In this document: one piece after another, positions 43,317 to 52,079 of the stretch
Layout: the number at the start of each line of letters is the position of its first letter
How positions within the stretch are numbered: the first letter of the stretch is position 1
Assembly (NCBI GenBank): GCA_001189075.1
Contig: LFCN01000004.1
Span: forward strand, 1 to 53,646
Origin: Parcubacteria bacterium C7867-004
GTDB lineage: Bacteria > Patescibacteriota > Minisyncoccia > Phycocordibacterales > Phycocordibacteraceae
Direction: 5' to 3'
DNA: 53,646 nucleotides
Made by a program: the position numbers and the translations under genes
The notes under the pieces: generated by a model
The model's input: only the letters and a program-made list of their open reading frames with translations
Told to the model about the DNA's origin: nothing
Databases searched by the model: none

Positions 43317-46300
43317 TTGAATCCACTCCTCGCAAATAATCTCATCTCTACAAAAGAGGCTTCGGAGTCTTCTGGGTACCATGCAGATTATCTCGCGCGC
43401 CTCTGCCGCGAGAAAAAAATTGAAGGAACTCAGATCGGGCGCGCATGGTTCGTGTCTCGCGATTCGCTTGAGGCATTCGTCGTAGCGCAAGCTGCACGAA
43501 AGCGAGAGCTATCCGAAGCCCTCTCTCGCGAACGAGAGCTTGAATATCATTCTGTTCGGTCGACTTCGTCCGGTATGCGCGCAAATGTTGCGCAGGTCAT
43601 AAGCGGGAATACTGAACGTGTTCGAGCAGTAGGTGCTCTGCTCAGGAGTGTGCAACGGAATTCCGGCATTAATAGGTACGCGAGTCAGCTGAGCGCAAGC
43701 GCGCTTACGCTCCTGCTCGTCGCTACCGGCGCGTATGTCGCATTCAGCGGGATGGGAGCGCGCCTTGCTGAAGGAGCTCTGACGAATGCGTACGGACTGC
43801 GAGAGCAGGTGATTGGATCACTCGCTCTCGTCGATGAGTTCTCTGCAGGCGAACGTGCACGCATTGCATCAGGTCTTGAGAATTCGCGCGACATGCGAAT
43901 CGCGAGTGCAGGACGCAGCATTGATGAGAATCTGTCGCGAAGCATCGCGCGTGTACCATCGCTCATAGAAGATGCACACACGCCAATCGCATTCGTGCCT
44001 CCGTCCGCGCCTGCAACTGTCCGCGAGGACGCGCTCGCACGAATCGAATCAATGCACTTGTTCGTGCAATCGCTTGCACACCCAGAGACGATTCTCTCCG
44101 GAATCGCGCGCGGGTATGTAGCATTCGGAGATTTTGTATATGCCACAACCGATCACATGCTCCACGCATACATCGCGAGCATAAAGGACACTGGCAATGC
44201 TCTGCTTTCATTCGGCACATTCTCCCGCGATATCGCGACCGATGTGCCTTACCAGATCGTCATCACGGAGATCGCGCTCGGAAATGCGATAAACGAGGCA
44301 TCGGTACTCTCGTTCGCAGAACTCGATGCCCTTGGCTCTCTAATCGCTAACAGTACGGCGCTTGCAATACAGTCTGCACCGTCCCTGTATGACCAGGGCA
44401 TTCTTGCATTCGTTGAGACTGCACCGCATGTCGCGTCAGGCATCGTTGATGGCGAAATCGCGGTCGGTACCGTCGCACAAGAAAGCGTTACTGGCATGCT
44501 TTCAGTACAGGACTCTCTTGTTCGCGGCTCCGTGAATGGAACGCGCATGGCGGCAGGAATGATGGCTGATGGTTCCATTGCCCTGGCATCGGCAGTGTCT
44601 GCTTCGCCGGCTGCAGTAGTCGATCTTGCGCTCGGGGTGGCAGGGCAATCGGCACGTATGCTTGAGCAGGGTTCTCTGCCTGAAGCCAAGCTTACGGCAA
44701 ATACGGATCAGGCGAGCGATCTGGTTGCGAATCCGCTCATGTCGCTCGATATCGACCTACTTCCCGCGTCGCTTCGCGCGGAGTTTGCCCGTATCGCGCG
44801 CGCGACCGCAAGCATGATCGACGGCATGTTCGCGCCGCTCGCGCGCTTCGCTGGCTCTCCCGGGACGACATTGCTCACCGTCATAACCGAGGGTGATGTT
44901 ACGAACGTGCGACCGGGCTTGGAATATCCGGCTGACACCGATGCTGGTACGGCGAACGGAAACACGTACGTCACGAATCTGTATCCGCAAGCGGGAGCGA
45001 ACGAGAGCTACATCGATGCACGTATCGAGGAACTACGCTCGCTCTTCTACCGGAATATCTCAGCGGTGGAGAAGCGACGCAGTCGATCGAGTAGCGGCGG
45101 CTCGACGACCGTCGTAAATAATTACGGCGCCGCGACCGAGTCCCCATCGTTCTCTGCATTCGACTTCCTTGCGGTCGGCCGTAACTCGACGACGACAATC
45201 GTCGGCGATAACGGAACCTCGACCTTCTCCGGCGGTATCCTTGCCACTGACATCGAAGCGACCGGATCGATCGCAGGGCCGTACGTGCTCGCGACGTCGC
45301 CGACCGCGACGTCCGTATTCTCCGGAAGCGTTACGGTCGGGAACGACGTGACGCTCGGTAGCAACGCGAGCGATACGCTCACGGTGAATAGCCGCATCTC
45401 TTCAGACCTCATCCCGTCGGCAACCAACACCTACGATCTCGGTTCGACCACGAGCGCATGGCGCGCCGGGTACTTCACGGGTGCCGTGAATGCCGGAAGC
45501 TTCGTGTCTGCCGCGGCAAGTGACGGCTGCGCCTCATGGGCGAGCGGCGTATTAACGAGTATCGGCGTCCCGTGTGGTTCGGGTTCCGGCGGCCTCACGT
45601 CGCTCAACGGCCAGACCGGGGCAGTACAGACCTTCGCCACTTCTTCCGCAAACGGCGGCTGGGGCTTCGCATCTGCAGGTGACGTGCATACGCTCAACAT
45701 CCCGGTTGCGAGCGCGAGCAACGCACTCGGCTTGCTCTCGAATACCGATTGGTCGACATTCAACGCGAAGCAGGCGGCGCTCTCGTTCGTGTATCCACTT
45801 GTTAATACCGCGAACAGCATTTCACTCGCGTTTGGTACGACGACCAACAACATCTGGGCAGGAACCCAGACGTTCGCTGATCTGCTTGCGACGAATGCAA
45901 CTACTACGTCGTTCGGCATCAATAGCGAGACGTTCCTCGATCTCACCGGGTCGGGTCTCACGAACGTAGGTGGCGTTCTCACGCTCGACCGCACGGGCGA
46001 CTGGACGGGAACGTTCGACGGTCAGGAAGGAACGTACTATCTCAATCGCGCTAATCACACGGGTACCCAGCTCGCGTCCACCATCAGTGACTTTGATACG
46101 GCAGTGAATACGTTCGTCGCTGCATCGACTACAATCGCAAAGACCTATCAGCCGAACACCTGGACGGGTCTCCAGACGTTCGGGAACGGCATCGCTGTTA
46201 CGGGTGAAGTAGCAGCTGATTATTTCACTGCGGCATCGGTTACCGCTACCTCTACCTTCCCGCTCGCGAACATCACCAGCGCACTCCGGTTCGGATCCGA

Positions 46301-49300
46301 TTACCTGACGGATCTCACCGGCTCCGGTCTGTCGATCGTCGGCAATGCGCTTACAATAGGCACGGTCGGACAAGCCAACGGCGGTACCGGATTCACGACC
46401 TACGCAGCGGGGGATCTCTTGTACGCTGATCTGACCGGAACGCTCGCGAAGCTTCCAGTAGGTACCGCAGGCCAGGTGCTGAAAGTTGCCGGTGGTGTCC
46501 CGAGTTGGGGTGCTGATCTTACGACCGGAGGTGGGGGAGGTGCGGGAGCATGGGCAACCACTACCGACAGTCTCGCGATCTACCCAGCCGATACGTCAGA
46601 TGTCGTTATCATCGGAAGCAGCGCGACGACAACTGCCAACAGCATCTTCGAAGTATTTGGCACGTCGTACTTCTCGAATACGCTCGGCATCGCAACTACC
46701 GCGCCGGGGTCACTACTCTCGATCGGAGGTGTCGCAAATTTCACTACCGCCACTTCGACGTTTTACGGAACCGGCGGTATCAATCTCGCAAGTGGCTGCT
46801 TCGCAGTCGGCGGCAACTGCCTCTCGCTCTCTTCGCTGACCGGTACGCTCAGCGTCGCGCGAGGCGGAACCGGTTCGACCACGCTCACCGGTATCCTTAA
46901 AGGTAATGGCACTGGCTCGATATTGACCGCGGTCGCCGGCACCGACTATCAGGCGCCGCTTTCGTTCCTGTATCCGCTCGTAAACACCGCCAACAGCATT
47001 TCGCTGGCGTTCGGCACCACTACCGCGAACGCCTGGAGTGCCCTCCAGACATTCAACGGCGGCGTAACCATAGGCACGTTGAATGGCCCGCTTCAAGCGA
47101 ATAACGGTGTCGTCTCAGCAACGACAAGCATCGGGGCGCTCTACGGTGGTACCGGCTCGACCACACTCTCGGGCATTCTGGTAGGTAATGGTACTTCTGC
47201 CGTAAACTCCCTGGTGCTCCCATCGTTCCTTACACTCTCAGGCAATACGCTCTCGCTCGGTACGCTCGGCATTGCTAACGGCGGCACCGCCACCACCACC
47301 TTCTACAACGGCGGCGTAGTCTTCAGCGACGGCACTAAACTCACGCAGTCTTCCGCTCCAGCTAACTTCTTTTGGAATGAGACGAACAAATTCCTCGGAC
47401 TTGGCACTTCGTCTCCGTGGGCGCAGCTATCCATCAATCCGGACAACATTGCAGGCCCTGCGCTCGCTATAGGCTCGTCAACGGGTACGAGCTTTATGGT
47501 TACGAACGGTGGAAATGTAGGTATCGGCACCTCGACAGTCGGATCCAAACTCACGCTTGCTGGCGGAAACTTTACGCAGCTTGCGAGTGGTAATCCGACT
47601 CAAAAGGGTGTTTACAACACGACGGGTAACGCAGGGACATCAGTCATCGTCGGCAAATACGCGTACGTCGCGGATGATACTGCCGGTCTTCAGATTATCG
47701 ATGTCTCGAACCCGGCATTGCCGACGCTCGTCAGTACGCTCGACACGTCAGGCTTCGCGACCGATATCGCGGTTGCCGGAAAGTATGCCTACATCTCCGA
47801 TTATGCTGGCGGCCTCAAGGTGATCGATATATCGAATCCTATATCGCCGATCCTTGTTGGCACCTACTCGACCGGCGCCTTCGCCTACTTCAGCCTCGCG
47901 GTCTCCGGAAAGTACGCGTACGTCGTCGATATCACAGGAGCAACGATGATCGTCATCGATATCTCGAACCCGGCGGCACCGGTCGGCGTCGCATCGCTTT
48001 CCGGTCTCTCATCGCCTCAGGACATTCAGGTTGTGGGTAAGTACGCGTACATTGCCGACAACTTCAGCGGTCTGCGTATCGTCGATATCTCAAACCCTCT
48101 GGCGCCGAGACTCATCAGCACGACCGATACTCCGTGGCTCGCCTATGGCGTATATGTCTCGGGCAAGTACGCGTACATCGGTGACGGCGACACACCCGCT
48201 GGCGGAATTAAGATCATCGATATCTCGAACGCAGCATCGCCGTCCGTCGTCGGAGCTCTCGACACGACGGGCAACGCGAAGGGAATCTACGTATCCGGCC
48301 GCTACGCATATGTCGCGGACGGCTCCTCCGGTATCCAGGTCATCGACGTGGCAAGCTCCACCGCGCCTTCGCTTGTGGGGACCTATAATACTTCGGGCTC
48401 AGCCTATGGCGTGACTGTGGTCGGCAAGTACGCCTACGTCGCTGACCTCAGTGCTGGTCTTCAGATCATTGATATCAACGGCACCGAAGTTCCGGCACTC
48501 TATGCAGGCAATATTGCGACGAATATTCTCAACGCATCAGAAGGCATTACTTCTGGGGGCGACATTTCTGCTTGGGGAAGCCTGTTTGCGGGTAACGGCC
48601 TGAACGTAAATGGATTCTCGAACTTCAGCGCATCGACAACGAAGTCCCAGAACGTCTCGATACTCTCGGTCTCCAATGCGACGAGCACGCAGCCTTTGTT
48701 CACTGCGCTCTATAACGGGAACATCGGTATCGGCACCTCCTCGCCGTTCGCGAAGCTTTCGCTTCATGCGTTCGATGGGGAGACCAACAGGACGCTGTTC
48801 ACGATCGGCTCGTCGACCGCCGCTGCGACCTCCACACTCTTCTCGATCGGCAATGACGGCGTCATAACCTCAGCAGCAGCAGCAACCTCGACCTTCACGA
48901 ACGGCTTAGCGGTAACCGGCGGCTGCGTATCGGTAGGCGGTGTCTGCCTTACGTCGAGTACTGGTTCCGTCACCTCGGTTAACGCGTCGGGAGGAACCAC
49001 CGGTCTCACGTTCTCGGGTGGCCCGGTTACCTCATCCGGCACGCTCACGCTCGCCGGAACGCTTGGGGTCGCCAACGGCGGTACCGGAGCGGTAACGCTC
49101 ACGGGTCTCTTGAAGGGAAATGGCACGAGCCCGTTCACGGCAGCAGTTGCCGGTACCGACTACCAGGCGCCGCTTTCCTTCGTCTATCCGCTCGTGAACA
49201 CCGCCAACAGCATCTCGCTCGCGTTCGGCACGACTACTGCCAATCAGTGGAGCGCACTCCAGGAATTCAATGGAGGAGCCTCAACCACGCAGCTCACGGT

Positions 49301-52079
49301 TACCGGGAATACGTATTTCCCTGGCTCGGGAATCTGGAGCAGTACGGGAAGCGTCGGTATCGGCACGACAACCCCTTTGCGCTTACTGCATATCGTGAGC
49401 AATACGGCGACCACCGACAGCACGGACTACCTCACACGCCTTACGCGTAATACGAGCGGCACCGCTGCAGTTGGACTTGGTGTCGGAGAGGAGTTCGAGC
49501 TCGAGAATGACGGTGGCGCGCTCGCAACCGCGGGCACCGTCGAGTTCATCTGGTCGAACGCCGCAGCCGGAACAGAGACTTCGGACTTCATCGTCTCCTC
49601 GCGCCGCGCGGGCGTCGCAACCACTTCGTTCCGTGCGGTGAACGGTGCGATCCGCTCGAACGCGGTACAGAACGATGCATCAGTACCTGCATTCTCCTTC
49701 GAGAATGACACGAACTCGGGTCTCACGAGCATCAGCAATGACGTGATCGGACTCGGTGTCGGTGGCAACACTATCGCGCGCATTTCTGCGAACGGTCTCT
49801 ATACGGGAGGAAGCACGGCCCTTAATGCTCGCAACAGCCTCTCCTCTTCCGGTATCGTCGCATCGAACGCGGCGGTGGGACTCTTCGGCGGTACCACCAA
49901 CACGATGATCGCCGCGCTCGGCAACGCGCAGGCGCTTACGATCTCCGCGAGCGATGTCTACACCGGCGTCCTCATCCCGGCAGGCACCATCAGCGGCTCG
50001 GGCACCACTAACTACCAGCTCCTCGCGCAGATGGCGATAAAGCCGTTCGTGTTCACGCCGGGAAGCGCCACTGTGGTGAACTCAGCCAGCCTCTACATCG
50101 AGGACGCAGCTGCGGCAGGCTCAACCGCAGGGGACTATGCGCTGTGGGTTGATAACGGTACGAGCCGTTTCGATGGTTCGGTCGGTATCGGCACTTCGAC
50201 CCCAGGCTCACTCCTCTCCATCGGAGGCGTCGCCAACTTCGGTACCGCAACCTCCACCTTCTACTCCAGCGGGGGACTCAACCTCACCGGTGGCGGTTGC
50301 TACGCCGTGAACGGTACGTGTGTTACGAACTTCAGCAACACCCTCGCCAACGGCGGCACCGCCACCACCACCTTCTACAACGGCGGCGTAGTTTTCTCTG
50401 ATGGTACGAAGCTCACACAGTCTTCAAGCCCAAGCAATTTCTTCTGGAGCGAATCGAACGCGCGTCTTGGACTCGGTTCTTCGACGCCGTGGGCGCAGCT
50501 GTCCATCGCATTGCTCCACTCATTGGGTATCACAGAACAGCTTCGCCTTGGATATAACACGAGCAACTATACCTCATTCACTACTGCATCTAATGGCGCC
50601 TTCACGATTGCGCCAGTAGGAGCGGCCGGAGGCGTCTCATTATATGCAGGAAATGGCATTGCAAGTAACGGTTGGGCAATTGGCGGAACAGATATACGAG
50701 GCCTCCTCACGCTTCAAAAGTCGGATACTTCTACATACTCCGTAAATGCTGATATGGGTGACGCGGGTCGAACATTCGTGATGGAAAACACTAATACGGG
50801 AAATAATGCTAATCAATTTGCGAATATTACACTTCAAATAAACCCTAACGGAAATATTGGCAGTGGGCGAGTCCTCGGTGATTTCCGTTTAATACGTGAG
50901 ACTGCAAACTCTACAAATTCATTCTTCCTATTCTCGGCATTTCGTCAGGATGGGACATATAAGGATTTTGCTCGTATTGGATTCGACACCAGTTATTTCG
51001 TAGGGAACCTCGGTATCGGTAGCACCACGCCATGGGCGCAGCTCTCAGTAAATCCAGACGGCATCACGGGCCCTGCGTTTGCTATCGGATCAACGACTTC
51101 CACGAGCTTTGTGGTTACGAACGGCGGAAATGTTGGTGTCGGCACCACGACGCCCGGCGCAACGCTTTCGGTACAGGCAGGATCCACGATCAAGCCGCTC
51201 CTAGTTTCCAGTAGCGCAGGCTCAACGCTTCTGAGCATTGATGGCTCCGGCAATGCTGCGATTGGGGGAGCATATACTGGTACGGGAATTAGTACGTTCA
51301 GTACGTCTGCAACAGCCGCAGTCGTTCAGTTTCAGCATACCGCAAACTCCGGAAGCGATATTTATGGCGCAAACGTCCTATCGACAAATACGGCAGCCAC
51401 GGGTGGTTCAATAGGTCTACGTTCAGTTTCTATACGCCAAGGTGCTGGAACAGCTACAAGTCATTATGGCGTATACGGACTGGCACAATATGCTGGTGCG
51501 AGTACTCAGGCCACTACCTCAGGCATCTACGGACTCGCACAAAATACTGGGGCAGGAAGCATCACTGATGCATTCAGTATCTATGGCGATCTCCCGACCG
51601 CTTCGGCAGGTTCCATAACGCGCGCCTGGGCCGGAGGTTTCAATGGAAATGTCTGGATAGGTGGAAGCGTTGGTATCGCAACCACCTCCCCAGGCTCACT
51701 CCTCTCCATCGGAGGCGTCGCCAACTTCGGTACCGCAACCTCCACCTTCTACTCCAGCGGGGGACTCAATCTTACGGGCGGCGGTTGCTACGCCGTGAAC
51801 GGTACGTGTGTTACGAACTTCAGCAACACGCTTGCAAACGGCGGCACCGCCACCACCACCTTCTACAACGGCGGCGTAGTCTTCAGCGACGGCACTAAGC
51901 TCACACAGTCTTCAAGCCCAAGCAATTTCTTCTGGAGCGAATCGAACGCGCGTCTTGGACTCGGTTCTTCGACGCCGTGGGCGCAGCTGTCCATCTTCCA
52001 CGAGCTTTGTGGTTACGAACGCGGGGCGCGTGGGTATCGGTACCTCAACTCCTGGTTCAACACTTGCAGTGGGAGGTAG
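43317..52079 (+). CDS. Giant cell-surface fibre/adhesin-like protein, frame-0 part (2,920 codons): HTH, TM helix, stalk, then tail-fibre-like modules and an LVIVD propeller
   Basis: TTG start. LISTKEASESSGYHADYLARLCREKKIEGTQIGRAWFVSRDSL is the HTH. TM helix at aa ~124-145. There are repeated xVGIGTxxP and ANGGT motifs and seven KYAYVAD blades. The frame ends 84 nt after a repeat-boundary frame break. Confidence 0.85.
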   Translation: MNPLLANNLISTKEASESSGYHADYLARLCREKKIEGTQIGRAWFVSRDSLEAFVVAQAARKRELSEALSRERELEYHSVRSTSSGMRANVAQVISGNTERVRAVGALLRSVQRNSGINRYASQLSASALTLLLVATGAYVAFSGMGARLAEGALTNAYGLREQVIGSLALVDEFSAGERARIASGLENSRDMRIASAGRSIDENLSRSIARVPSLIEDAHTPIAFVPPSAPATVREDALARIESMHLFVQSLAHPETILSGIARGYVAFGDFVYATTDHMLHAYIASIKDTGNALLSFGTFSRDIATDVPYQIVITEIALGNAINEASVLSFAELDALGSLIANSTALAIQSAPSLYDQGILAFVETAPHVASGIVDGEIAVGTVAQESVTGMLSVQDSLVRGSVNGTRMAAGMMADGSIALASAVSASPAAVVDLALGVAGQSARMLEQGSLPEAKLTANTDQASDLVANPLMSLDIDLLPASLRAEFARIARATASMIDGMFAPLARFAGSPGTTLLTVITEGDVTNVRPGLEYPADTDAGTANGNTYVTNLYPQAGANESYIDARIEELRSLFYRNISAVEKRRSRSSSGGSTTVVNNYGAATESPSFSAFDFLAVGRNSTTTIVGDNGTSTFSGGILATDIEATGSIAGPYVLATSPTATSVFSGSVTVGNDVTLGSNASDTLTVNSRISSDLIPSATNTYDLGSTTSAWRAGYFTGAVNAGSFVSAAASDGCASWASGVLTSIGVPCGSGSGGLTSLNGQTGAVQTFATSSANGGWGFASAGDVHTLNIPVASASNALGLLSNTDWSTFNAKQAALSFVYPLVNTANSISLAFGTTTNNIWAGTQTFADLLATNATTTSFGINSETFLDLTGSGLTNVGGVLTLDRTGDWTGTFDGQEGTYYLNRANHTGTQLASTISDFDTAVNTFVAASTTIAKTYQPNTWTGLQTFGNGIAVTGEVAADYFTAASVTATSTFPLANITSALRFGSDYLTDLTGSGLSIVGNALTIGTVGQANGGTGFTTYAAGDLLYADLTGTLAKLPVGTAGQVLKVAGGVPSWGADLTTGGGGGAGAWATTTDSLAIYPADTSDVVIIGSSATTTANSIFEVFGTSYFSNTLGIATTAPGSLLSIGGVANFTTATSTFYGTGGINLASGCFAVGGNCLSLSSLTGTLSVARGGTGSTTLTGILKGNGTGSILTAVAGTDYQAPLSFLYPLVNTANSISLAFGTTTANAWSALQTFNGGVTIGTLNGPLQANNGVVSATTSIGALYGGTGSTTLSGILVGNGTSAVNSLVLPSFLTLSGNTLSLGTLGIANGGTATTTFYNGGVVFSDGTKLTQSSAPANFFWNETNKFLGLGTSSPWAQLSINPDNIAGPALAIGSSTGTSFMVTNGGNVGIGTSTVGSKLTLAGGNFTQLASGNPTQKGVYNTTGNAGTSVIVGKYAYVADDTAGLQIIDVSNPALPTLVSTLDTSGFATDIAVAGKYAYISDYAGGLKVIDISNPISPILVGTYSTGAFAYFSLAVSGKYAYVVDITGATMIVIDISNPAAPVGVASLSGLSSPQDIQVVGKYAYIADNFSGLRIVDISNPLAPRLISTTDTPWLAYGVYVSGKYAYIGDGDTPAGGIKIIDISNAASPSVVGALDTTGNAKGIYVSGRYAYVADGSSGIQVIDVASSTAPSLVGTYNTSGSAYGVTVVGKYAYVADLSAGLQIIDINGTEVPALYAGNIATNILNASEGITSGGDISAWGSLFAGNGLNVNGFSNFSASTTKSQNVSILSVSNATSTQPLFTALYNGNIGIGTSSPFAKLSLHAFDGETNRTLFTIGSSTAAATSTLFSIGNDGVITSAAAATSTFTNGLAVTGGCVSVGGVCLTSSTGSVTSVNASGGTTGLTFSGGPVTSSGTLTLAGTLGVANGGTGAVTLTGLLKGNGTSPFTAAVAGTDYQAPLSFVYPLVNTANSISLAFGTTTANQWSALQEFNGGASTTQLTVTGNTYFPGSGIWSSTGSVGIGTTTPLRLLHIVSNTATTDSTDYLTRLTRNTSGTAAVGLGVGEEFELENDGGALATAGTVEFIWSNAAAGTETSDFIVSSRRAGVATTSFRAVNGAIRSNAVQNDASVPAFSFENDTNSGLTSISNDVIGLGVGGNTIARISANGLYTGGSTALNARNSLSSSGIVASNAAVGLFGGTTNTMIAALGNAQALTISASDVYTGVLIPAGTISGSGTTNYQLLAQMAIKPFVFTPGSATVVNSASLYIEDAAAAGSTAGDYALWVDNGTSRFDGSVGIGTSTPGSLLSIGGVANFGTATSTFYSSGGLNLTGGGCYAVNGTCVTNFSNTLANGGTATTTFYNGGVVFSDGTKLTQSSSPSNFFWSESNARLGLGSSTPWAQLSIALLHSLGITEQLRLGYNTSNYTSFTTASNGAFTIAPVGAAGGVSLYAGNGIASNGWAIGGTDIRGLLTLQKSDTSTYSVNADMGDAGRTFVMENTNTGNNANQFANITLQINPNGNIGSGRVLGDFRLIRETANSTNSFFLFSAFRQDGTYKDFARIGFDTSYFVGNLGIGSTTPWAQLSVNPDGITGPAFAIGSTTSTSFVVTNGGNVGVGTTTPGATLSVQAGSTIKPLLVSSSAGSTLLSIDGSGNAAIGGAYTGTGISTFSTSATAAVVQFQHTANSGSDIYGANVLSTNTAATGGSIGLRSVSIRQGAGTATSHYGVYGLAQYAGASTQATTSGIYGLAQNTGAGSITDAFSIYGDLPTASAGSITRAWAGGFNGNVWIGGSVGIATTSPGSLLSIGGVANFGTATSTFYSSGGLNLTGGGCYAVNGTCVTNFSNTLANGGTATTTFYNGGVVFSDGTKLTQSSSPSNFFWSESNARLGLGSSTPWAQLSIFHELCGYERGARGYRYLNSWFNTCSGR
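46848..47063 (+). repeat. 216-bp in-frame module (copy 2 of 3): GGTG..LTG.LKGNGT...AVAGTDYQAPLSF.YPLVNTANSISLAFGTTT
   Basis: Same length and near-identical peptide at 49062-49277. A partial copy lies at 45777-45875. Confidence 0.85.
47607..48482 (+). repeat. Seven tandem ~43-aa LVIVD-type repeats (predicted beta-propeller)
   Basis: The pattern G[KR]YAY[VI][AGSV]D...GL.[IV][IV]D[IV]S[NA]...P recurs seven times. Confidence 0.8.
49062..49277 (+). repeat. 216-bp in-frame module (copy 3 of 3)
   Basis: LGVANGGTGAVTLTGLLKGNGTSPFTAAVAGTDYQAPLSFVYPLVNTANSISLAFGTTTANQWSALQEFNGG. Confidence 0.85.
50200..50507 (+). repeat. ~308-bp direct repeat, copy 1 (PGSLLSIGGVANFGTATSTFY...ANGGTATTTFYNGGVVFSDGTKLTQSS...PWAQLSI)
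   Basis: Aligns base-for-base with 51688-51995 at offset 1488. Blocks 50203-50281 (79 nt) and 50411-50507 (97 nt) are identical. Confidence 0.95.
51688..51995 (+). repeat. ~308-bp direct repeat, copy 2
   Basis: See copy 1. It ends exactly at the frame break. Confidence 0.95.
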
